IMG/VR virus record: IMGVR_UViG_3300035701_007101
Source: a virus
Lineage: Duplodnaviria > Heunggongvirae > Uroviricota > Caudoviricetes
Length of the DNA stretch: 64,000 nucleotides
Strand: one strand, 5' to 3'
Positions 49,581 to 58,073 of the stretch are shown here, one piece after another. The notes below the pieces were generated by a model that saw only the letters and a list, made by a program, of their open reading frames with translations, had not been told where the DNA came from and ran no database searches. The position numbers were made by a program, and so were the translations under genes. Each line of letters begins with the position of its first letter. The first letter of the stretch is position 1.

Positions 49581-50038
49581 ATGATTTTTGACACAATCAT
49601 TAAAACATTTGAAGAAAAGAACAAAAGAAACTGGACAACACTTTATTTTGCAATTGATCTACACGGCACGATAATCAATAAATATAAAGGTGATGAAATC
49701 GAGCCAATTGAATTTGCGACTGAAGTACTTACAGAATTGAGTAGTACACCTGACATTGTTCTGATTCTATTTACTTCAACTTATCTCGAACAACTTACTC
49801 ATTTTTATAAATGGTGTTCAGAAAACAACATTAACTTCAAATATCTAAATGAAAATCCAGAATGTCCTAGTACTATTACTGGAGATTTTTCAAAAAATTC
49901 TACTATAATGTATTGATTGATGATCGTGCAGGGTTTGATCATTCAGAATGGCTCGAAGTTCTCAGAGCAGTCAAAATTGGTTCTAAGTTGTACTATAATA
50001 AAAAACGACTGCGTGCTATTACGCCAAAGAAGAATTAG
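49581..50038 (+). CDS. HAD-superfamily hydrolase (5'-nucleotidase-like) interrupted by a -1 frameshift at A_AAA_AAT; second part ends at TAG
   Basis: Frame 1 'FAIDLHGTIINK' (HAD motif I-like) stops at 49916. The -1 frame carries 'FYYNVLIDDRAGFDHSEWLEVLRAVK' (HAD motif IV 'hhhDD') and is open from 49871. The heptamer A_AAA_AAT at 49893..49899 is the only junction. Confidence 0.45.
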
Positions 50039-50233
50039 TCCTTACCAGTTATGGGGGTGACCTTTTACTATCCCCATTTTTCCTCTGCACGTCATCCATG
50101 TAATACCATGAATATAGTTTATTCCTTTAGGCATTTAATGCTATACACGTTAGATACTTATTGGACATATCGCGCTGAGAGGTGGTTCGCTTCACTCATT
50201 AAAGATGGCTGCCTCTAAGCCCACTGCAATCGT

Positions 50234-50560
50234 TTATAATTCTATTGACCATTTAGATCTTAATATTATTCGTTTACCGTCTTGAGAAACAACTCTATTA
50301 ACGCCGTCTCGCAAATGCACTTCTATTTCGTCACTGCCAACAAATTTCTTAATTTCATCATTTTCTAATTGCTTTAACTTTCTTAATAAAAAGAATGTAG
50401 TAAATAAAAATCGTTTTGCATAACTTTTATTAGATGCAAATACTATACAATCTAAGTCATGATTTTTCCATTCTTTACTAATCCAAGTTTCCTGTCTTTG
50501 ACTCCAATCTCTATCATGCCAATTTGATTGCGTAAAATTTAATCGTTTTATCGTAAACAT
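50234..50560 (-). CDS. Hypothetical protein
   Basis: 108-aa ORF. Confidence 0.4.
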   Translation of the reverse strand: MFTIKRLNFTQSNWHDRDWSQRQETWISKEWKNHDLDCIVFASNKSYAKRFLFTTFFLLRKLKQLENDEIKKFVGSDEIEVHLRDGVNRVVSQDGKRIILRSKWSIEL

Positions 50561-50568
50561 ATAATCCT

Positions 50569-50724
50569 TTACGGTTCTTGCAATTTTGCACGTTCTTCAT
50601 CTGTTAAGTCTAACCAAATTGCATCCATTTTATCAAGTAAATTATCTTCCTCATTACTTTCCAAACCATTATGTAATTCTCGTATTTTCACAAGGTCATT
50701 TAGTAAAGATATATATTCAGACAT
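50569..50724 (-). CDS. Small acidic ORF (51 aa) translationally coupled to the AAA ATPase gene
   Basis: TAATG stop/start overlap with 50724..52412. Own translation MSEYISLLNDLVKIRELHNGLESNEEDNLLDKMDAIWLDLTDEERAKLQEP. Confidence 0.3.
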   Translation of the reverse strand: MSEYISLLNDLVKIRELHNGLESNEEDNLLDKMDAIWLDLTDEERAKLQEP

Positions 50725-52412
50725 TATAGTCCCTTTGGCATTAATCCTTCAGATTTATCATCAGCAACTTTTGATAAAACTTCTTTAAATAATTCATCGA
50801 TTTCATCAGTTTCATTATTAGCGAATCTTGCTCTTATACCTTCATTTCTTTCTTTATCATAACCAACCCATTTTACAAGATACTCTAATTGTTTTTCCAT
50901 CGTTTTGACAATTGGCACTTTCATTCTTAACGAGTTTTTTAACATTGCTTGCGTTAAATCAGATTTCTTATCATTTTTATAAAGTGAAAAAGCTTCATAT
51001 AAACTTTCATGAGTCGCTTGCATGATTTCTCGACCAGCTAAATTTGGGCAGCAACCAGCTAATTCATCAAGATTGAATTTTTTTGGATCTCTATTATTTT
51101 GTTTTAAATGAATATCAATAATTTCTTTTCTTTCATTTAAGTCAGGCGGCCCAACAAAGAAAATACCATCAAATCTTGATACTAATTCCGGTGGTAAAAT
51201 ATGAATCTGATTGCAAGTTGCAGCGACGAAAGTAAATGACTTATTATCATTCATCCATATCAAAAATATACCAATAGTTCTAAGAGTAGTCCCTGCATCA
51301 GAAAATGAAGAACTCTGTGACCCTGCAAAACCTTTTTCAATCTCATCAATAAACATAATTGACGGCGCTAAACTTTCAGCCCTTGCAAGAACTAAATGCA
51401 TATTTCCTTCACTCTCTCCAACCCTCGATGAAAATACTTTTGAAGGATCAAACTGAATAAAATTTAAACCCCACTCACTTGCGAGAGCCTCACAGATAAG
51501 ACTTTTTCCGCATCCTGGAAGTCCGACTAGAATCACGCCTTTTAATGGAGGTAATCCGAATTCTTTACCTTCATTAGTCCATCCACCATACATTTTTCTG
51601 AACCATTTTTTAAGTCTGCCTAAGCCGCCCACAGTCTTGAATGTAACTTCTGGCTCTTTAAACTTTAAAAGAGAAGTTTTACTAATAGCAGTTCTTTTTA
51701 GTGTATTAATTATAGTTGGATCGAGACATCCTTTACCATGTTTATTTTGTTTTCTAGTGATATCAATGCAAGAAGTTATAACTTGATGTATTTGAGGTAT
51801 GATTAGACCTTTTAATGAATTAATAACTTCAAAATCTGTTCTAACTTCAATGCTTTTTGATTTATCTTTTAAAGCATTATTAAATTTTGCAACCAAACTA
51901 ACTAATTCAAACCGTATTTCTTCATCATCAGGATATGGATATGTAAATACATCAATATATTTTTCTAATTTATCAGGCAAAAATAACTTTGAAGACATCA
52001 AAATAACAACTTTTAAATTACTATCACTACTATCAGCTTGTATAGCAAAATCTTTAACTCTACGTAATACTTGAGCATCTTCTAAATGTTGATCTGCTTC
52101 AGTGATAATAAATATTTGTCGTCTATCTTTTTTGTTTTGTTGATGAATATGAATAAGTGCATTATGAATGTCTACTGTAGCAGCATCAGCTAAACACTTT
52201 TTTTCATCAATTTCCTTCTTGTAACTTTGAATGTTCACTATGCCAGTTGTAGATTTGTAAATGAATATTTCAGTAGTATACTTATTACTTGCAGAAATTT
52301 TTTCAATATTCAAAATTACTCTATGTTCGTCTTCAGTTAATACATAAACAAGAGATGTAATTTGATCTAATTTTGATTTGAAATAATCAATTGAATTTGT
52401 TTTAATCATCAT
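50724..52412 (-). CDS. AAA+ family ATPase (classic AAA clade)
   Basis: Walker A 'VGLPGCGKSLICEALA', Walker B 'IMFIDEIEK', second region of homology / sensor 'ATCNQIHILPPELVSRFDGIF'. Confidence 0.7.
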   Translation of the reverse strand: MMIKTNSIDYFKSKLDQITSLVYVLTEDEHRVILNIEKISASNKYTTEIFIYKSTTGIVNIQSYKKEIDEKKCLADAATVDIHNALIHIHQQNKKDRRQIFIITEADQHLEDAQVLRRVKDFAIQADSSDSNLKVVILMSSKLFLPDKLEKYIDVFTYPYPDDEEIRFELVSLVAKFNNALKDKSKSIEVRTDFEVINSLKGLIIPQIHQVITSCIDITRKQNKHGKGCLDPTIINTLKRTAISKTSLLKFKEPEVTFKTVGGLGRLKKWFRKMYGGWTNEGKEFGLPPLKGVILVGLPGCGKSLICEALASEWGLNFIQFDPSKVFSSRVGESEGNMHLVLARAESLAPSIMFIDEIEKGFAGSQSSSFSDAGTTLRTIGIFLIWMNDNKSFTFVAATCNQIHILPPELVSRFDGIFFVGPPDLNERKEIIDIHLKQNNRDPKKFNLDELAGCCPNLAGREIMQATHESLYEAFSLYKNDKKSDLTQAMLKNSLRMKVPIVKTMEKQLEYLVKWVGYDKERNEGIRARFANNETDEIDELFKEVLSKVADDKSEGLMPKGL

Positions 52413-52424
52413 TAATCTTCTCCG

Positions 52425-52775
52425 TTAATAATTTGAACTTACCCATTGCCGTAAACTCTCAACTATTTCAGAAGCTACCATGTCATCTAAAGACATACAA
52501 CTATGAAGACTAAATTCAGTCTTTGCAGTTGATTGTCTATCAAGAGTTTTCATGTTGAAATATCTTTTTATTTCTTGTGGCAGAAATTGTTTCTCTGTAA
52601 CAGAAATAGAAAGAAACTCATTATTTTTGTTATCACAAAATCTAAAACATCTACCCATTGCGTCGTCAACAACTTTTAATGGTCCTTCAGGATAAATTTC
52701 TAAAAAACCTCTAGGCTCTGGATAAGATAAAAACATATTTTTTATTTTTTGCTTTAATTCAGCTTTAGAAGACAT
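52425..52775 (-). CDS. Hypothetical protein
   Basis: ORF. Confidence 0.4.
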   Translation of the reverse strand: MSSKAELKQKIKNMFLSYPEPRGFLEIYPEGPLKVVDDAMGRCFRFCDNKNNEFLSISVTEKQFLPQEIKRYFNMKTLDRQSTAKTEFSLHSCMSLDDMVASEIVESLRQWVSSNY

Positions 52776-52786
52776 CTACTTCTCCA

Positions 52787-53116
52787 TTAGATAGGTTTGT
52801 TGACTTTTACTTCTTCAATCCAATAATCATACTCTGAACTGTGGTCATGACTAGTTTGTCGTTTAAACTTATTGTCACCAATAGAATATACAGAACATCC
52901 TGAATCTTTTGCTACTTTTTTAATGAGATTTTCAGCAGCAATAATATCAGTACCAACACCAATAACAACACTAACGTCAAAATCACCGTTAGTATATACT
53001 AAAAAAACAGTATTCATAATTTTACAGGTTTTTCCATAGTGAAAACAGGTCTTAATGTTCGTTTTTTGTATATAAAAAAATGTGCCCATTTCCAAGGTAT
53101 GAAGATAAAATACCAT
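52787..53116 (-). CDS. Hypothetical protein
   Basis: ORF. Confidence 0.35.
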   Translation of the reverse strand: MVFYLHTLEMGTFFYIQKTNIKTCFHYGKTCKIMNTVFLVYTNGDFDVSVVIGVGTDIIAAENLIKKVAKDSGCSVYSIGDNKFKRQTSHDHSSEYDYWIEEVKVNKPI

Positions 53117-53364
53117 TTAGGCGGCACAATTTTTCTTACATCAAAATTAGCATAGCGAAACGTAACTTGTAATTTAATGTCAGCCACAATAAATCTTTGG
53201 ATGGTCACCATTTAAATCAATAAGTTGTTGACGTTCTTCTTTTGAATAAACAGTATCAAGTATCAAATCAGAAAATTCTGGGTTTATCCATTGAACAAAA
53301 ATTGAACCATCTTCATTAATTATAAATGTTTGAATTGATTCAACTTCTTTAAATTCATTCATAC

Positions 53365-53676
53365 TTAATACGATGCATTGATTTCAATTTTGCCGTCTAC
53401 ATTCTTCACTGACTTCACTCTGTGACCTTTTTTAGCAATTTCAGCAAGAATAAAATTTTTGCTATATGTTTGTTTAAGTCTATCAAACTCGTAACTGCGC
53501 ATTTCGTCGTACTTAATTTCACCTGTAATACAATTAATTGTCATTTTGTCGTAGCCTTGACCCCATTGAAAATTGCCTTCTTTGAGTTCATTATAAGAAA
53601 TGTTCATTTCTTTCAATGATTGTTCAAGAATTGCCCTGTTACGAATGTCAGTTGTTCCTATTATTTGTCTTGACAT
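53365..53676 (-). CDS. Hypothetical protein
   Basis: ORF. Stop/start overlap with the next gene. Confidence 0.35.
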   Translation of the reverse strand: MSRQIIGTTDIRNRAILEQSLKEMNISYNELKEGNFQWGQGYDKMTINCITGEIKYDEMRSYEFDRLKQTYSKNFILAEIAKKGHRVKSVKNVDGKIEINASY

Positions 53677-53900
53677 TAGTTGCCTCCTTGTACGAATAGG
53701 TCATTTTTTACTGGTACGTGATCATCTTTTTTGTTTTTGACAGAATCAACATTTCCCATTGAATTCATGACAGTCACAAATTCTTCACATTTGTGAGTGC
53801 CGGCATTTACAACAGATCCATTCCATGAACCGTCTCTTTCAACTGTAATTTTATATTCCATGAACTTCCTCCTCATTGTATTTTTTATTTTTTTTAACAA
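53676..53900 (-). CDS. Small hypothetical protein
   Basis: ORF. Confidence 0.3.
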   Translation of the reverse strand: MLKKIKNTMRRKFMEYKITVERDGSWNGSVVNAGTHKCEEFVTVMNSMGNVDSVKNKKDDHVPVKNDLFVQGGN

Positions 53901-53965
53901 TAAAAATTATCGCAAGTATAATTAAGGTGGTAATCATTCCTGAGGTCAAAGCAATCTTAATTTTT

Positions 53966-54709
53966 TTATTCATTTTTTTCTCCATTCATAAGCCATTTGA
54001 ATTTGTTTAAGTTATTTTTATAATATACTTCTTTATCAATAAATTTTACGACACGTTGCGGTTCCCTTACTAACAAACCGAATTTACTGCGTGTGGTTAT
54101 ATTAACTGCTAAAGTATTTGCATCTAAATCTTGATTACAATTAATATCATTAATTAAAAACCCATCAAGTTTATCTATTGCCAAGATTATGCCTGGTTCA
54201 ATAGTATCACATCTGATAATATTATTATTAACATCATGAATGGTTTTCATACTCAGTCTAGTTTTGTAGTTACATACATAATATTTAAAATCACAGTATG
54301 TGCTGAAATCAAGTTCATTGAAATCTTGAAAATCATTTATAATTACGATATTTTTAGTCATATCAAAAATATAATTAATGATTTTTAACAAACATTGCAT
54401 TTCTAGTTCAGACAATTGATCTGCGATTTTAATTGCCAAATCAGTCTTATCTAAAAGAAGCTCTATATCTAAACGACATTGCAAATCATATTTTAAAACA
54501 TGAAATGCTGCACTATTACACTTAAATAATGTAAACGCTTCTCTACGAACTGAATTAGCTATAGAATTTGATGGATTAATAATAGTAATGTTTTGATTAT
54601 TATCTAATGTAATGTACGTGTCATTTAGACGCAAAACAGACATTTGTGATTGAATAAAATTTTTACGAATGAAGTGGCATTGTAATCGTTGATTAATGAC
54701 ATTTATCAT
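53966..54709 (-). CDS. Hypothetical protein
   Basis: 247-aa ORF. Confidence 0.4.
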   Translation of the reverse strand: MINVINQRLQCHFIRKNFIQSQMSVLRLNDTYITLDNNQNITIINPSNSIANSVRREAFTLFKCNSAAFHVLKYDLQCRLDIELLLDKTDLAIKIADQLSELEMQCLLKIINYIFDMTKNIVIINDFQDFNELDFSTYCDFKYYVCNYKTRLSMKTIHDVNNNIIRCDTIEPGIILAIDKLDGFLINDINCNQDLDANTLAVNITTRSKFGLLVREPQRVVKFIDKEVYYKNNLNKFKWLMNGEKNE

Positions 54710-54735
54710 AAAGAAAAGGCTTAAATTAATGAGAC

Positions 54736-56067
54736 TTAAATTTTTAAACTAAGTTTTTTCCTCTTTTTTCGTTCTACTTCAGATTCTTCATCTTGTAGTT
54801 CAGTTTTTTCAACTACTGATTCAATCTGTGGTTCAGGAGTTTCATCGTCACTATTTGAAACATTCTTTTCAGAATATGCTGAATCTGGTATTTCTTCCTT
54901 GACTTGATCTTTATTGACAAATATTTTTCTGTCTTTAATAAGATCATTGATCTTTTGTTTTATTTCTGGTTTTGTTTCCAAGATTTCATCAAATTTTCTT
55001 TTAGAGAAGTCGTCCAAGTCATTGTATAATTTTTGACCAGATACAGGATTGACAAAATTATATCTTAAAGTTATTTTTCCATCTTTTTTGGTTGTTTGAT
55101 ATTCCTTTATAACACCATTTATGAAAGCAACATCAAATAATTCTTTTTCATTATTTACACCAGAACCATCGTGCATAAGCGTAAATACAATTGCATCTTC
55201 TGGTAAAGGTCCTGCTTTATTTTTCTCAAAAGTAACTTTTACATCATGAGAGAGTATTTCACCTGCCTCATCTCTTTCAACTGAGTCCCAAACTTTTGCC
55301 ACTTTAAGAGCAACTGTGTCATAAAATGGCAGAGCATTACCACCCGTTCGATAATCGCTAACTCGTCCTAAAGAATTGGGATTTTTACGTAATTGATTGA
55401 TAAAGAATAATATTGATCTTGATTCAACGTCTGTTCTAGCCATTGCTGAAGTAACTTTTTTCAAGCCTAAGCCAATAGCTGAAGCCTGTGATCCTCTTTG
55501 TCTTGAGTCACCTAATTGTTTAACTGAATCAATAGTCGAAACAAGTTGAGTAACACTGTCAATACCGATTATTGCATATTTGCCAGGATTAATAACTTTT
55601 AATACTTCACCTGTTTTCTTATCTACTTCATGTTCACCTAAAACTAAAGCATGAATCATATCAAAACATTCTTCAGCAGTTGAACATTTCAATACAATAA
55701 GCTTTGATATATCAACACCAACTTTTTCAGCCCATTCAGCCTGAAATTCAAATTGTCTTTCAGCATCTATTAATACGCATGGTTCATCAGGATATTTCTT
55801 TTGTGCTTCAGCTATTGCTAAATAAAGAAGCAATGTCTTACCTGCGCCTTCCCAGCCAAAAACTTCAATTGTTGAACCTCTAGGATATCCTTTACATTTA
55901 CCAATAGAATTATCCAGCAAGATTGATCCTGATGAAATAGCTTCAATAGGCTTTTTATATTTATCTCCTGATACTTCAATGGAACGACCAAATCTTTCTC
56001 TTATGATATTTGCAGCGCTAATAACGACTGATTTTTTTTCTTTTTCTTTCTTTTCTTCGTGCGACAT
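54736..56067 (-). CDS. RecA-superfamily recombinase (UvsX/RadA-like) with C-terminal extension
   Basis: Walker A 'EVFGWEGAGKTLLLYLAIAEA', Walker B 'AIIGIDSVTQL', RecA-like core. Adjacent to a gp32-like SSB gene. Confidence 0.6.
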   Translation of the reverse strand: MSHEEKKEKEKKSVVISAANIIRERFGRSIEVSGDKYKKPIEAISSGSILLDNSIGKCKGYPRGSTIEVFGWEGAGKTLLLYLAIAEAQKKYPDEPCVLIDAERQFEFQAEWAEKVGVDISKLIVLKCSTAEECFDMIHALVLGEHEVDKKTGEVLKVINPGKYAIIGIDSVTQLVSTIDSVKQLGDSRQRGSQASAIGLGLKKVTSAMARTDVESRSILFFINQLRKNPNSLGRVSDYRTGGNALPFYDTVALKVAKVWDSVERDEAGEILSHDVKVTFEKNKAGPLPEDAIVFTLMHDGSGVNNEKELFDVAFINGVIKEYQTTKKDGKITLRYNFVNPVSGQKLYNDLDDFSKRKFDEILETKPEIKQKINDLIKDRKIFVNKDQVKEEIPDSAYSEKNVSNSDDETPEPQIESVVEKTELQDEESEVERKKRKKLSLKI

Positions 56068-56147
56068 AGTTATCCTTTCATAAATAAACTAATTTTTTAT
56101 GTGCGTGAAAAAATTAGTGCCGTTAAAGCAATGGCACTAATCATCAA

Positions 56148-57428
56148 TTAAAATGGTAATTTACGTTTTACAGCAGCAGCAACTGGTGTAGAAGTTGATG
56201 CAACAGGTTTTTCAGGAATCGGTGTACTTGACCCTTGTTTACCGACTTTTCCTTGTTTGCCGACTAAACTTTTAGTAGCTTCTGCAGTTTTTTCTTTTAT
56301 GAGCTTTTCAATTTCAGCACCTGACATATTAGCAATGCTAATGTTTAATTCTTTAGCTTTTGCTTTAAATGTTGATTTTAGTTCTTGACATTGTTTAACA
56401 AATGGACATTCCTGACAACCAACATCTTCTCCATCATGAGTACCACGACAATCAAGTGCTTCAAATGTTACAGTTTCTTCATTTGATTCATTTGCATTTT
56501 CAGGTGAAGTAAAAGCACTGCTGTCATTATTGTCATCACTTGATGAGTCAGTTTCAGTATCAGTATCATCATCAGCAGATGGAGTAGCTACATCATGATC
56601 GTCTTCATCATTTGTCGAAGTAGCAGTTGTGTTTTCACTAGCTACGGGTGCAGAAGATTTTTCGTCATCATCACTATCAACTTCTTTTAATTGTTTTTTT
56701 AGTTTTTTGAGGTTAATAGTATCAAGAGGAGGTTTTGCATTTTCAATGATGTCAATCATTTCTTCAGCAGATGAAAAAGTTCTGAGTTTTATAAGATCAT
56801 AAGCAGTGGCTTTTATTGCTTGTATTTCTTCTTCAGTTAAACTTTTACGTTCAGAATCAGGCAATATTGTATATTCTCTTTTAATCTTTTCTCCAGTTAC
56901 TGTTACAGTCAAATCATAACCTCTATCTCCTGATGATGAAGGATTGCCCCATTTTGAGCTACTTCCGAGTTCAATAACAGGTTTCCAAATAGTAGGCCCA
57001 GCCACTAATCTTTTAATCTTTATTTGTCCTTTTTCATTGCGATAATCTTCTCTATGAATGACATTCATATCGTAAGTTTTTTTACCACGAAATACATTAA
57101 TTTGTTTGATCAGTTTTTTAATTTCTGGTGATTCGTCAGTCATATTTTCTTCTTCTTTTAATCTGTAAACTTCACTCCATAATAAACTAACGTAATCACA
57201 AACGGGACATTTGTATTTTACATCATGTATAATTGGTCTGTTTTTAATACTAGTTTTTATTGGAATCCAGTGAACAATGTACTTTACAAACGGTAAACCA
57301 TTTGGCTTTACACTAGGACAAATTCTAAGTGTATGATCACCTTGTTTCCATGTCATGCCTACAATGTCACTTCTTTTAGTTTTACTACTTTCTTCATTTT
57401 CATGTGCCCAGGGATTTTCGTCATGCAT
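56148..57428 (-). CDS. gp32-like single-stranded DNA-binding protein
   Basis: 'YKCPVCDYVS' matches the T4 gp32 zinc site 'VCPVCQYIS' with upstream His. Long acidic tract 'DSDDDEKS...DDDTDTETDSSSDDNND' typical of the SSB acidic tail. Confidence 0.6.
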   Translation of the reverse strand: MHDENPWAHENEESSKTKRSDIVGMTWKQGDHTLRICPSVKPNGLPFVKYIVHWIPIKTSIKNRPIIHDVKYKCPVCDYVSLLWSEVYRLKEEENMTDESPEIKKLIKQINVFRGKKTYDMNVIHREDYRNEKGQIKIKRLVAGPTIWKPVIELGSSSKWGNPSSSGDRGYDLTVTVTGEKIKREYTILPDSERKSLTEEEIQAIKATAYDLIKLRTFSSAEEMIDIIENAKPPLDTINLKKLKKQLKEVDSDDDEKSSAPVASENTTATSTNDEDDHDVATPSADDDTDTETDSSSDDNNDSSAFTSPENANESNEETVTFEALDCRGTHDGEDVGCQECPFVKQCQELKSTFKAKAKELNISIANMSGAEIEKLIKEKTAEATKSLVGKQGKVGKQGSSTPIPEKPVASTSTPVAAAVKRKLPF

Positions 57429-57463
57429 TTGCTGACTCCTTTGTTAAATGTTTATTGTTTGTT

Positions 57464-58030
57464 CTATTTTGTATCATCTTCATCTTCTTTTTCATCTTCA
57501 TCGCTACTAAAAGCACGTACATCATCATTTTTATCTTTTCTAACAAATGTTGTCGGCTTTTCTGACTTCATCATTGAAATGATATTAACTAATCGTTCTC
57601 CTCTTTCTCCAAAGCCATAGGCAATTGACTTAATATTTGCAGCATCTTTCTTTCTCATTAAAACCTGATTATATTGTCTCATATATTCAGGATCAGTCAT
57701 TACAGCTTCTTTTACCATTTTGTCAGTTATTCTTTTACCAGACACTGTCTCAGTCAATTCTTCCCTATAATGCTTTGATTGCTCTTCAACCCATATATCA
57801 AATTGTATCTGAGCTCTATCAAAATCAACTGCAGCTTCATTTGAAAGAACATTCCACCTTGCATGAAGTGCCGGATTTTCAGCCATCATATTGCATACTT
57901 TAGCTGGCGTCAAAAGATCTATATAAGGAATATGTAACTTTTCATTAACATCTATCTCTAATGTCTCTTGACGAACAAATATAGATACTTTAAATTCTGA
58001 CTGAGCAACTTTTCCTTTTTTTCCTATCAT
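57464..58030 (-). CDS. Hypothetical protein with acidic C-terminus
   Basis: ORF. Confidence 0.4.
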   Translation of the reverse strand: MIGKKGKVAQSEFKVSIFVRQETLEIDVNEKLHIPYIDLLTPAKVCNMMAENPALHARWNVLSNEAAVDFDRAQIQFDIWVEEQSKHYREELTETVSGKRITDKMVKEAVMTDPEYMRQYNQVLMRKKDAANIKSIAYGFGERGERLVNIISMMKSEKPTTFVRKDKNDDVRAFSSDEDEKEDEDDTK

Positions 58031-58073
58031 ATTATTTATTATATGTTAAATGGGTATAAAATTTTACAGAGAT

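Noticed and set aside
49862-50038. Independent gene starting ATG-TCC-TAG (third codon amber) for the HAD C-terminal part
   Set aside because: Requires suppression at codon 3 and leaves the HAD N-terminal half orphaned. The A_AAA_AAT frameshift joining the two halves is the simpler explanation.
53014-53211. ORF overlapping 52787..53116 and 53180..53362
   Set aside because: Overlaps two co-directional ORFs in another frame. Low-complexity translation.
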